64,000 bases of DNA. Origin: a bacterium. Its GTDB lineage: Bacteria > UBA8248. The notes under the pieces were generated by a model that was given only the letters and a program-made list of their open reading frames with translations, searched no databases and had not been told where the DNA came from. Positions within the stretch are counted from its first letter, which is position 1. The number at the start of each line of letters is the position of its first letter. A program made the position numbers and the translations under genes. The stretch covers positions 2,656,001 through 2,720,000 of the forward strand of contig OY843592.1 of NCBI GenBank assembly GCA_963692865.2, read 5' to 3'. Positions 18,285 to 26,808 of the stretch are shown piece after piece.

Positions 18285-19491
18285 ACGACTGCCCGGCAGA
18301 CTTCGCGCGGCTCTCTTTCCGGCCTTGGCGCTCTTGCTGGTCCCGTCGCTTTCGGCGGCGGCGCCCGGCGTGAGCGCGGATGCGGTCGTTTTCGGCCAGA
18401 CCGTCGGCATCTCGGGGCCGGCCAGGAGCGCGGGGCTCCTCTTTCAGGAGGGCATCTTCGCGGCGCTGGAAGAACGCAACGCGCGGGGGGGCGTAGGCGG
18501 CAGGACGTTGAGGCTGATCTCGATCGACGACGGATACGAGCCCCAAAGAGCCGCGGAGAACGCGAAGAAATTCGCCGCGGAAAACAAGGTGCTCGCCTTG
18601 ATCGGCGGAACGGGAACGCCGACGACGAAACGCGCCGCGCCGGTGCTGCGAGAGGCCGGGATCCCTCTGGTGGGCGTCCTCAGCGGCGCCGACTTTCTGC
18701 GGGATGCCAGGCGGTATCCGAACCTCGTCCACCTGCGGGCGAGCTATTCCCAGGAGGTCCGCGCTCTCGTGGATCACATCGTTCGCAAACGCGGCAAGAA
18801 ACGCTTCGGCATCATCTACCAGGACGACGCTTTCGGACGTTCCATATTGAAGAGCTACCGGGAGGCGCTGGCCGCGCACAAACTCCGCGTCCGGGCGAAA
18901 GCGAGTTTTTCGCGCAATACGCATGCCGTTCACGCGGGCCTGTTCGTCCTTCAAAAGGCCGATCTCGACGTCTTGATGATCGGCGGAACAAACGAGGTAA
19001 GCGCCGAGATCATCAATCTCGTGAACGACCTGGGCCACGATTACGTCATGGCCACGTTGTCCATCTCCCTGTCCCATAAACTGAGAATGAGCATCGAAGC
19101 GCGGAGTGACAAAATCCTGCTGAGCGAAGTGCTGCCGGACGCGCACGACACGAGCAGCAAAATCGTCAGAAGTTATCAGCGCGCCATGCTTGACCGAGCG
19201 GCGAAAAAGGGGAGCGGGGAGTCCGCCCGGCCCGAATTCACCCAGTTGTCCCTGGAGGGCTACATTCTCGGCCGCTTCGTCATCGCCGTCCTCGAGCGCA
19301 CGGGCGAGAATGTAACAAGGGAGCGGTTCCTGCAACAGGCGCTGGCCTCCGGGGTTACGCTCATCGACGACTGGGCGGTCGAATTCAAGCCCGGAGCGAA
19401 CACCGGCTCGAAGTACGTCAAGGTGATCAACTTCAACAAGGATAGCCACGACTTCACGAAAGGAGACGGCGGCCTTGAAAAAGGTAGATGA
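18277..19491 (+). CDS. Type I periplasmic (LivJ/Leu-binding-like) substrate-binding protein
   Basis: Signal peptide, GGVGGRTLRLISIDDGYEPQRA, GTPT, LRASYSQE, YQDDAFG; start 18277 overlaps the hflK-like stop. Confidence 0.85.
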   Translation: MIRRLPGRLRAALFPALALLLVPSLSAAAPGVSADAVVFGQTVGISGPARSAGLLFQEGIFAALEERNARGGVGGRTLRLISIDDGYEPQRAAENAKKFAAENKVLALIGGTGTPTTKRAAPVLREAGIPLVGVLSGADFLRDARRYPNLVHLRASYSQEVRALVDHIVRKRGKKRFGIIYQDDAFGRSILKSYREALAAHKLRVRAKASFSRNTHAVHAGLFVLQKADLDVLMIGGTNEVSAEIINLVNDLGHDYVMATLSISLSHKLRMSIEARSDKILLSEVLPDAHDTSSKIVRSYQRAMLDRAAKKGSGESARPEFTQLSLEGYILGRFVIAVLERTGENVTRERFLQQALASGVTLIDDWAVEFKPGANTGSKYVKVINFNKDSHDFTKGDGGLEKGR

Positions 19492-19963
19492 GTTTTCCAC
19501 CGAAGAGGTCGGAGAGGAGTGGCTGCGCGAACTCTACAAGGTGATCGCGCTGCGCCGCGGCACCATGTTCCGGCTCATCACCGAGTCGGCGCGCATGCTG
19601 CTCTACGGCAACGCGGGCGGCACGGCGTTGATCATCGGCTTCATGAGCAACACCTCGAAGGCGGAAAATACGTTCTACCACTGGACGCTCCTGCTGGCTT
19701 TGATCGTGTTCGGAGCCGGCGTTCTCATGGCGGCGCTCACCCTGGTGCTGGTGACCCTGGTTTCGGTGAAAGAGGCGCACGGGGCGGAAGACGGACTCAA
19801 GGAGTTCGTCGACGGCAATCTGGATCGCACGAAAGTGCTGTTCACGGTGAAAAACGAGACGTTTCGCCTCGCGGACTACACCACGGTGGCCGGCACCGTC
19901 AGCGCCGCGTGTTTCATGATCGGCGGCCTGCTCAGCCTCTTCCTGTTGGTTCTGTTCTTCTAG
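19475..19963 (+). CDS. Hypothetical membrane protein (about 3 TM segments)
   Basis: Hydrophobic segments, host-like codon usage, overlaps the upstream SBP stop by 17 nt. Confidence 0.7.
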   Translation: MKKVDEFSTEEVGEEWLRELYKVIALRRGTMFRLITESARMLLYGNAGGTALIIGFMSNTSKAENTFYHWTLLLALIVFGAGVLMAALTLVLVTLVSVKEAHGAEDGLKEFVDGNLDRTKVLFTVKNETFRLADYTTVAGTVSAACFMIGGLLSLFLLVLFF

Positions 19964-20159
19964 GCCTCCCGAGGGGACAAAAGCGAACCTCCCCGCTTCG
20001 GTAAGATTCCTCCCGCATCAGCCGCGATTGGCCCCCGTTTCCCTCCCCTCGCCTCGTGTTGTATGATGATCCGCGTTGCAACGCGCGCGTTATGGAAGAG
20101 CGCCGCGAGTACGGCATATACCGCCCCCCGGCGAGACCGGGTCATTCGGGAGACAGGCA

Positions 20160-20570
20160 ATGGCCGAGACAGTTCGTGAAGTCCCCTACTACTACATGAT
20201 CGCGTCGAACAAGCCGGGAGAGGGCGCCGCCCTCTCCGCCATGCTGAAGGAGTCGGGCGTCGGCCTGCTGGCGGTGCACGCCTTCCCCGAGCGCAGGCGC
20301 GTTCAGGTCGACATCGTGCCCGAGGACGCGCGCGCCTTCACCGCCTTCGCGCGAAAGGCGAAGATCAAGCTCAGCCCCCGGAAGAAGGCCTTCCTCGTCG
20401 AGGGCACGGACCGCACGGGCGCGCTGGTGCCGGTCTTCGCCAAGCTCGCGGACGCAGGCATCAACATCACCGCCATCACGGCCATCGCCGCGGGCCGGAA
20501 GCGCTACGGCGCCATCTTCTGGGTGAATCCCAAGGACCAGCGCCGGGCCAAGAAAGCGCTGGGGGCGTAG
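20160..20570 (+). CDS. Tandem ACT-domain protein
   Basis: Two ACT-like motifs, NKPGEGAAL..LKESGVGLL and DRTGAL..VFAKLADAGINIT; start at ATG 20160 after GGGAG. Confidence 0.75.
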   Translation: MAETVREVPYYYMIASNKPGEGAALSAMLKESGVGLLAVHAFPERRRVQVDIVPEDARAFTAFARKAKIKLSPRKKAFLVEGTDRTGALVPVFAKLADAGINITAITAIAAGRKRYGAIFWVNPKDQRRAKKALGA

Positions 20571-20605
20571 ACGCGCGAGCGAAAAGGTAAGGCTTGCCGC
20601 TCTTC

Positions 20606-20942
20606 GCAGCCGGACAGGCGAAGGAGCCTGTCCGGGGACCTTCGTGTCCGCCGCCTTTCTTTGAAGAAAATTGAGAATACTGTAGGGGCGGTTCACGAAC
20701 TGTGGAGCGACCCCGGGAGAGATCGCCCCCTATCCGTATCCTATCCGTATAAGAAGGCACTTACCTTTCCTCTCAAGGCGGTCTTGCCCAAGAGTCGTCA
20801 TTCCGGCGTATGCCGGAATCCAGAACCGACGAAGGGGGAGACACGGCGGGTTTTATTCCCTGCCCTCATGGGATAGGCATGACGGCAAAAAAAGAAAGGC
20901 GAAAAACAAATTTCCTCGATTCCGGCATACGCCGGAATGACG
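20606..20942. repeat. Intergenic REP mosaic including an inverted ATTCC-family doublet
   Basis: GCCGGACAGGC..GCCTGTCCGG (20606-20635); GTAGGGGCGGTTCACGAAC (20682); CGTCATTCCGGCGTATGCCGGAATCCAG (20796-20823) and its inverse at 20918-20942. Confidence 0.75.
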
Positions 20943-20952
20943 GTGTGAAACA

Positions 20953-21417
20953 CTACAACCCCAACTCCATGAAGAGCGCGCCCTCCACGGGATTCTCCGC
21001 ATACGGGTCTATCTCCCTGAAACCCATCGAGCGGTACAGGGCGACGGCCGCGCGCATGGCGGGCAGCGTATGGAGGCGCAGGGCGGCGTAGCCCATCTCC
21101 CGCGCCTCCCGGACGATTCGCTCCGCACACCTTCTCCCCAGGCCGCGTCCCCTGAAACCGGGCCTCAGATAAAGCCGCTTCATCTCGCATACGCCGCCGC
21201 CGAGGTCGCGCAGGGCGACGCAGCCCGCAGTCCGCTCCCCCGAGCGCAGGATGAGAAACCTCCCGCCCGGCGGGCCGTAGGCGCGCTCCAGAGCCTCGAC
21301 TTCCTCCTCGAAGCCCTGAAAGCACAGGTCCACCTCGCTCTCGGCCTCGTACTCGCGCAGCAGCACCCTCGCTTCGCGGTAGTCTTCTTCCGTCTCAGCG
21401 ATGATGAATTCGGGCAT
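20953..21417 (-). CDS. GNAT family N-acetyltransferase
   Basis: GCVALR..CEMKRLYLRPGFRGRGLGR, LHTLPAMRAAVALYRSMGF. Confidence 0.92.
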   Translation of the reverse strand: MPEFIIAETEEDYREARVLLREYEAESEVDLCFQGFEEEVEALERAYGPPGGRFLILRSGERTAGCVALRDLGGGVCEMKRLYLRPGFRGRGLGRRCAERIVREAREMGYAALRLHTLPAMRAAVALYRSMGFREIDPYAENPVEGALFMELGL

Positions 21418-21508
21418 TTTCGCACCTCCTCCTCATGCGCATCCTACAGCGGGTGATGGCGACTCGTGAACCGCCCGAAGGGCGACCAAGAAAATTTACA
21501 ACAAGAGC

Positions 21509-21535
21509 GTAGGGACAGGCCCCCGTGCCTGTCCG
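21509..21535 (+). repeat. GTAG-family REP
   Basis: GTAG-GGACAGGC-CCCCGT-GCCTGTCC hairpin; same core as at 9287 and 20606. Confidence 0.65.
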
Positions 21536-21685
21536 AGGTCGCGACTGTCCTTCCATTCGACTATTTCCTGCGCGAAGGCGACCTCTCCCCTCTTCCCCCA
21601 CGCCGATGATGACGCGAACTCCACCCGCGCTTATAATGGCGTATCGCCCGATTGCGGATTATGGGAATGAAGGAGGCCTTGCGCC

Positions 21686-22021
21686 ATGACGCGAGTCGAC
21701 GACGCGCTTCTCCGGCGGATGGTCGAAACCATCGTGGACGAAGTCGATCCCGAGCAGGTGATCCTCTTCGGCTCACGCGCGCGCGGCGAGGCGGCGGCGG
21801 ACTCCGATGTGGATTTTGTGGTGGTGGAAGCCGCGCCCTTTGGCGCCGGACGGAACAGGCGCGCCGAGACGACGCGTCTTTGGCGCGCGCTGGCGGGTTT
21901 CGATGTTTCCAAAGACATTCTGCTCTTCAGCCGCGACGAAGTGGAATACTGGCGTGATTCCCTCAACCACGTGCTGGCGCGCGCCCTGCGCGAAGGCGAA
22001 GTACTCTATGAGCGACATTAA
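21686..22021 (+). CDS. Minimal nucleotidyltransferase (MNT/MntA-type antitoxin)
   Basis: ILFGSRARGEAAADSDVDFVVV (GS-x10-DxD), ends ALREGEVLYE; AAGGAGG RBS. Confidence 0.9.
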   Translation: MTRVDDALLRRMVETIVDEVDPEQVILFGSRARGEAAADSDVDFVVVEAAPFGAGRNRRAETTRLWRALAGFDVSKDILLFSRDEVEYWRDSLNHVLARALREGEVLYERH

Positions 22022-22034
22022 GCAGGCTGGCTAA
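22008..22034 (+). pseudogene. Possible stub of the HEPN partner gene
   Basis: An ATG overlapping the MNT 3' end reads MSDIKQAG-stop, at the position where the HEPN partner usually starts. Confidence 0.35.
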
Positions 22035-22126
22035 GCCCCTCTCTGATTGATCCCTGCACCTCCTTGCGCCAGAATGCGCGCGTTCACTCTCATCCGTTCA
22101 CGCTTTCATCAGAAAAGGAATTCACC

Positions 22127-22789
22127 ATGCCGATAAACGAAGCCACCGGTCTTTCAGGCGACATGGGCGTCACCGAGGAGATGATGGCCTGCCCCCTGCC
22201 CCGCGTGCCGCTCATCGACCCGGACGACATCCCCGAACATCTGGCCGAAGAACTCGCGCCCCTCTATGAGCGCGGCGTGAAGCGCTGGGGCAAGGTGTCG
22301 CGCTTCCTGCGCCTGCTCGGCTGGGCGCCCGGCTTCGTCGAGGGCTGGCAGATCATGGACGGAAAGCTCAGGGTCCAGCACCGCGACTCCGACCCCGAAT
22401 ACCTCCACATGGCCCAGCTCGTCATCATCAAGACGGCCATCCTGACCGAGTGCAACAACTGACTCGGGCACAACGTCGAGCTCGGTCGGGCTCAGGGCAT
22501 CGAACAGGAAAAAATCAATCTGCTGGAAGGCGACGGCTGGCGCGACAGCGCGCTCTTTAACGAGAAGGAAAAGGCCGTCATCAACTGGGCGGAGGAAGTC
22601 ACGAACTTAACAGCGAAAGAGAACGACGCGGCCTTCGAGGCCATGAAGAAGCACTTCTCCACCGAGCAGCTCGTCTCCCTCACCCTCATCTGCGGGCTGT
22701 GGAACCTGACGGGCCGCGTGGCCGAGGCTTTGCACCTCGTCGTGGAACCCCCCGGCGAGCGCATCGCGTTTCAGGAGGGCGGTGAGTAG
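22127..22789 (+). CDS. AhpD/carboxymuconolactone decarboxylase-like selenoprotein (CxxU; UGA at 22460-22462 read as Sec)
   Basis: The frame continues past TGA: ...ILTECNN-U-LGHNVELGRAQGIEQEKINLL..WRDSALFNEKEKAVINWAEEVT..FEAMKKHFSTEQLVSLTLICGLWN..RVAEALHL to TAG at 22789 (220 aa), giving a complete AhpD-like fold. A SECIS-like hairpin follows the UGA. Confidence 0.88.
22463..22500 (+). promoter_or_regulatory. Putative bacterial SECIS element
   Basis: Stem GAGCTC (22478-22483) / GGGCTC (22488-22493) with an apical loop GGTC that starts with G, 21 nt after the UGA. Confidence 0.7.
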
Positions 22790-22790
22790 G

Positions 22791-22966
22791 GGGGATAGTT
22801 GTGAAAAGGTCGTAGGGGCGGACCTGCGTGTCCGCCCGCTTGTAGGTATCAATCTTCATAACGATAATAGAATGATAAAACACGGCGAACGCAAAGGGCG
22901 GACACGCAGGTCCGCCCCTACAAAACCATCGAACCCCACCGCTTCGGGCACTTTTTCAACAACTCC
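22791..22966. repeat. REP doublet (REPIN-like) with IS-like ends
   Basis: Perfect 26-bp inverted pair GTAGGGGCGGACCTGCGTGTCCGCCC (22812-22837 / 22896-22921), flanked by GGATAGTTGTGAAAAG and CTTTTTCAACAACTCC. Confidence 0.8.
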
Positions 22967-22996
22967 GTATACGCGCCTCTTCTTTTCTAAGAAGAA

Positions 22997-23176
22997 CTAT
23001 ACCCCAGGTATCGGATCCCCTGCCTCCTCCAAAACTTCGATATAGCCCTCGATGGCTTCCCGGATATTCTGAATGGCTTCTTTTCTGGATTGGCCCTGGC
23101 TGATGCACCCGGGCAAGCTCGGGCATTCGGCAAGCCAGTATCCATCCTCTCCGGGCTTGATGATGACCTGTCTCAA
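22997..23176 (-). CDS. HicB-family antitoxin (short, orphan)
   Basis: MRQVIIKPGEDGYWLAECPSLPGCISQGQSRKEAIQNIREAIEGY; TTG start after GGGAG; no hicA adjacent. Confidence 0.85.
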   Translation of the reverse strand: MRQVIIKPGEDGYWLAECPSLPGCISQGQSRKEAIQNIREAIEGYIEVLEEAGDPIPGV

Positions 23177-23231
23177 CCGTTTTCTCCCATGTATTCTTTT
23201 GAGAAAGGGAAGCTCTGCTGCTTGTGCCGCC

Positions 23232-23843
23232 TCATGGCGTGACGCCCACAAGCACCAGAGGAACGGCGGGAACCCCGCGGCCTTGCCGCAGGACGTTCAG
23301 CAAATCCCGCTCGTAGTAGGCGACGCCGGAAGACATCTCCCGCTCCAGTTCCTTCATGGGAAGTATCTCCACTCCTACGTCGATGATGTCGGAAACGTAG
23401 AAGCTCAAATGCTTTACGAACAGATCATGCGCGACGAAGGCGTACTTGCCGAACTGAACCTCCACCGCGACGCGCTCTTTTACGAAATCCGTCTGGTTGT
23501 AGGACATGATGGGTTCGTGTCCCGCTTCTTCGATGGCGCGTTTCTGCTCGCTTTCCGACAGGCCGTATATGCCACGCATGAGCTTCTCGTCCGCCGTGAG
23601 CCAGAAAGTGCTCCTGCGTTCGCTCCAGCCCCGGGCCTTGAGGCCATCCTTGAATGCGCGGTTCATATCGGCGGGCGAGAACAGCAACTTTCCGGGCATG
23701 GTCTTTTCTCTGGAGACCTTGGTCCGGCAAGCCATCGCGTCGACTTCCGCGATGACTTCCTGCACCTCATCCCATAACCGTTTGCGGTGGACAAGCAGAT
23801 ATTCCTCGCCGTTCAGATGAGAATACTTGGCTTTGATGCGCAC
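23232..23843 (-). CDS. BglII/BstYI-family type II restriction endonuclease
   Basis: YSHLNGEEYL, NQTDFVKERVAVEVQFGKYAFVAHD (D..ExQ active site), EMSSGVAYYE; coupled to the MTase. Confidence 0.88.
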   Translation of the reverse strand: MRIKAKYSHLNGEEYLLVHRKRLWDEVQEVIAEVDAMACRTKVSREKTMPGKLLFSPADMNRAFKDGLKARGWSERRSTFWLTADEKLMRGIYGLSESEQKRAIEEAGHEPIMSYNQTDFVKERVAVEVQFGKYAFVAHDLFVKHLSFYVSDIIDVGVEILPMKELEREMSSGVAYYERDLLNVLRQGRGVPAVPLVLVGVTP

Positions 23844-24757
23844 TAATGACCGCCGTTTGGTTTGGCGGGGTCATAGATGGGCTTTCCCATCGGGCGCGTT
23901 TTCAAGGTTCCCGCATACAGCTTACGCACCCGGTCGAGCGCGATGTCCGCGTATTCGGAAACGACGTCGCAGCCATAGGCCGTTCTCTCGTGCTTGAGAG
24001 CGGCGATGATGGAAGAGCCGACGCCCATGTAGGGGTCGAACACCGCATCGCCCGCATCCGTCATGGAAAGAACCAAGCGCTCCACCAACTCGACGGGGAA
24101 CTGGCAGGGGTGAATCGTTTTTTCGGGGTGATTGCTCTTCACGTTCGGAAAAATCCACACGTCGCTCGGGTTCTTTCCCTTGGGATTCCCCGATAGTTTT
24201 CCGATGTTCGGCCCCTTGAAGTGTTTCTTGCCCGGATACTTCGCAGGCACCCGTATCGGGTCGAGGTTCCAGGTGTAATCGTCGCCCTTCGTCCACCAGT
24301 TGATGGTTTCGTATCGGCCCGAGAGCCGCTTGGTGCAGTGAAGCCCGTGGCCGAAGCTCCAGACGATTCGGTTGCGGAGCTTGAGACCCTGCGCCCGAAA
24401 AACGGGATATAGAACCGCGTCGAGCGGAATGATCTCACCGTTTTCCACATAGTTGCCGACCTGCCAGCAGATGGAGCCTTTGGGGTGCAGGAGACGCACG
24501 CACTCGCGTATCACCCGCTCCTGCGCTTCGATGTAATCATCGATCGGGGTTCTCGATTCGTATTCCTTCCCCAGGTTGTAGGGGGGCGAGGTGACGATGA
24601 GCTTCATCCGCTCATCGGGAAACTCGGCCATGAAAACGAGGTTGTCCGCGCACGCGAGGACGGGTTGGCTTTTTGGTTCTTCCCCCTCCAATCGAGGGAG
24701 CATGTCCTGCATCGGCTGCCGCGCCGTGCTTTCAACATTCGAAGCGGCGTTGGTCAT
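23843..24757 (-). CDS. Site-specific DNA methyltransferase (N4-C/N6-A, beta class)
   Basis: IVTSPPYN motif IV precedes HPCQFP and VFDPYMGVGSS motif I. Confidence 0.93.
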   Translation of the reverse strand: MTNAASNVESTARQPMQDMLPRLEGEEPKSQPVLACADNLVFMAEFPDERMKLIVTSPPYNLGKEYESRTPIDDYIEAQERVIRECVRLLHPKGSICWQVGNYVENGEIIPLDAVLYPVFRAQGLKLRNRIVWSFGHGLHCTKRLSGRYETINWWTKGDDYTWNLDPIRVPAKYPGKKHFKGPNIGKLSGNPKGKNPSDVWIFPNVKSNHPEKTIHPCQFPVELVERLVLSMTDAGDAVFDPYMGVGSSIIAALKHERTAYGCDVVSEYADIALDRVRKLYAGTLKTRPMGKPIYDPAKPNGGH

Positions 24758-24804
24758 CCGATTTCCTCACGGGCGGCTAGCAACAAACGGTTGGCAATCT
24801 CAAT

Positions 24805-25227
24805 TTATAACTTGCCTTGATTCGCTAACGCAACGAAGTTCTCCAAATCCATCAAGGTGACCAAATCCGCATGTACCAAATGACGGTTCAGGCCGCCTCC
24901 CAGATAATAATCACGCAAACTCCATCCGGCACCGCCAAGAACAAGATATGCTTTTTTCCCGGCTCCGTTTTGTATCGCTTCGGCGAGACATATTATTTCA
25001 TAAGGAACTTTTTGCTCGGCGGTGCCGGAAACCTGTTGCCACTTGAGAGAGATGAGATATTTATTGTCGTCATCGTCTTTCGCTAACACATCCAGACGAT
25101 GGCGTCTTCCATTCGGCCTTTCGCCGATGAACACCTGCGTTTCATAGTGATATCCGCCATTCGTCAGCGCAGGCAGAACCATCGCCTCCAAGACCCCACC
25201 CGTTCGGGTATCGCGCGCGGCATTCAT
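24805..25227 (-). CDS. Small PD-(D/E)XK superfamily nuclease
   Basis: GGVLE...HRLDVLA...LISLKWQQVSGTAEQKVPYE; ATGA overlap with the upstream Dam-like gene. Confidence 0.75.
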   Translation of the reverse strand: MNAARDTRTGGVLEAMVLPALTNGGYHYETQVFIGERPNGRRHRLDVLAKDDDDNKYLISLKWQQVSGTAEQKVPYEIICLAEAIQNGAGKKAYLVLGGAGWSLRDYYLGGGLNRHLVHADLVTLMDLENFVALANQGKL

Positions 25228-26063
25228 GTTTCCATTCCCCTCACCGCCAGCACCTCCATCGCGGGAGAGCGATCCCCCGTGCAACTGATGCGGCGCGGGC
25301 CTTCGAGGAACGAGAGCGTGAAGCCGTTTTTCTCATAAAGCGCCACGATTCTCTCCGTCGCCTGGTTCGAGAGGACGACGGGACCTTCGTGCGCGGCGAG
25401 AAATTCCGCGAGCCGCACCTGATCCGCCCAGCCAAAATCCTCCTTGGCGTATTTGGTGAACTGGACGTCATACGGAGGGTCCGCGTAGATGAAATCACCG
25501 GGCTCGACCGGGAGCGCCTCGAAGTCTTCGCAGTGAAACTCCCAGCCTTCAAAAACCTCCCGGTAGGCCGAGAAATCCCGGGCATAGTTGATTCGCTTGT
25601 AGCGCCCGAAGGGGACGTTGAACTCGCCCTTGCTGTTGAAGCGGCAAAGCCCGTTGTAGCCCGTGCGGTTCAGGTAATAGAAAAGCTCCGCCGCCTCCTT
25701 GTTGCGCCCCCGTCCGCTCATGAGGAGTTCGTTGAACCGCTCCCTGTGAGCGTAGTAGGTCTCAGACTCGTTTCGCATGTCGGTCCGCGCGCGTGAGAAT
25801 CCCTTCTTGAGCCAGGCGTAGAAGTTCATAAGCGGGGCGTTGATGTCGTTCAGGAGCGCCCTCTCGGGGCGGAGGCCGAGCGCGACCGCCAGCCCGCCGC
25901 AGAAAGGCTCCACGAGGCGGCGCTCGCCGTGTTTTTTCCAGTACGCTTTAATGTGCGGGACGAGCCACCGCTTGCCGCCGGCCCATTTGAGCGGCGGGCC
26001 GGGTTTCTCATCGACTGCGTTGAGCTTCGCTTTGCGAACGCGCGCTTTCGTACTCGTGACCAT
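25224..26063 (-). CDS. Dam-like (D12 class) DNA adenine methyltransferase
   Basis: PLKWAGGKRWL, EPFCGG, LNRTGYNGLCRFNSKGEFNVPFGRY, YADPPY; exact start uncertain. Confidence 0.92.
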   Translation of the reverse strand: MVTSTKARVRKAKLNAVDEKPGPPLKWAGGKRWLVPHIKAYWKKHGERRLVEPFCGGLAVALGLRPERALLNDINAPLMNFYAWLKKGFSRARTDMRNESETYYAHRERFNELLMSGRGRNKEAAELFYYLNRTGYNGLCRFNSKGEFNVPFGRYKRINYARDFSAYREVFEGWEFHCEDFEALPVEPGDFIYADPPYDVQFTKYAKEDFGWADQVRLAEFLAAHEGPVVLSNQATERIVALYEKNGFTLSFLEGPRRISCTGDRSPAMEVLAVRGMET

Positions 26064-26179
26064 TCGCTGTCCCGGGATGTGTCTTTGGGCGGATGCGGAC
26101 ACTTTATCACAAAGCGACGCCGGGGCCACTAATCCACAGGCGCAGAATAGCGATGGCGCATTTTCGCCGAGCGAAGTGA

Positions 26180-26208
26180 TTGCGCTTTTCTTAAATTGTT
26201 ATTACGAT
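26180..26208 (+). promoter_or_regulatory. sigma70-like promoter for brnT-brnA, probably leaderless
   Basis: TTGCGC, 17 nt spacer, TACGAT; the -10 ends 5 nt before ATG 26214 and there is no SD. Confidence 0.5.
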
Positions 26209-26213
26209 TAGCC

Positions 26214-26465
26214 ATGCAATACGAATGGGACGAGAACAAACGGGAGGCCAATCTTGACAAGCATAATGTCGATTTCCTCACCGCCCTAGAGTTTGACTGG
26301 CAGACGGCTTTGGTCTACGAGGATGCGCGCACTGAATATGACGAACGACGTTTTTGGGCTTTGAGACAGATTCAGGAGCGGGTCCATGTTCTGGTATTCA
26401 CCCGCCGTGAATCGTTCGTCCGGATCATAAGCCTACGCAAAGCGAATCAAAGAGAAACGAGGTAA
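26214..26465 (+). CDS. BrnT-family ribonuclease toxin
   Basis: MQYEWDENKREANLDKHNVDF...RIISLRKANQRE. Confidence 0.9.
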   Translation: MQYEWDENKREANLDKHNVDFLTALEFDWQTALVYEDARTEYDERRFWALRQIQERVHVLVFTRRESFVRIISLRKANQRETR

Positions 26466-26499
26466 TACGCGGAACATCGCGCATAACGAAGGAGTGAAG

Positions 26500-26808
26500 A
26501 TGGCGAGAAAGCGAAAGAATCAGGCACCGCCAGAGGCGGAGGATCGCCCACTGAGCAAGGAGATGCTGGAGAAGATGCGTCCTGCCTCAGAGGTCGTGCC
26601 CGAGATCGTCGCGGCCCACGCACGAGGAGAACTGGTGAGCACCCCTCCCCGCCGTTTTCGCGGGCCGCAGAAAAAGCCCACCAAGGTGCAGACCACCATT
26701 CGCCTCGACGCGGACGTGGTGGCGCACTTCAAAGCAGGCGGCAGGGGGTGGCAATCCCGCATCAACACCGCCCTGCGCAATACCGCGTTCGGCGGCAACG
26801 CGGACTGA
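26500..26808 (+). CDS. BrnA-family antitoxin
   Basis: RGPQKKPTKVQTTIRLDADVVAHFKAGGRGWQSRINTALR. Confidence 0.92.
   Translation: MARKRKNQAPPEAEDRPLSKEMLEKMRPASEVVPEIVAAHARGELVSTPPRRFRGPQKKPTKVQTTIRLDADVVAHFKAGGRGWQSRINTALRNTAFGGNAD

Noticed and set aside
13979-19500. Long minus-strand ORFs (640, 337, 478, 479 aa)
   Set aside because: Antisense shadows typical of high-GC coding DNA; the plus-strand genes carry the recognisable motifs.
22064-22462. 132-aa ORF as a complete gene or a pseudogene
   Set aside because: The stop is a UGA at a catalytic Cys position with a SECIS-like hairpin and intact downstream coding; treated as a selenoprotein.
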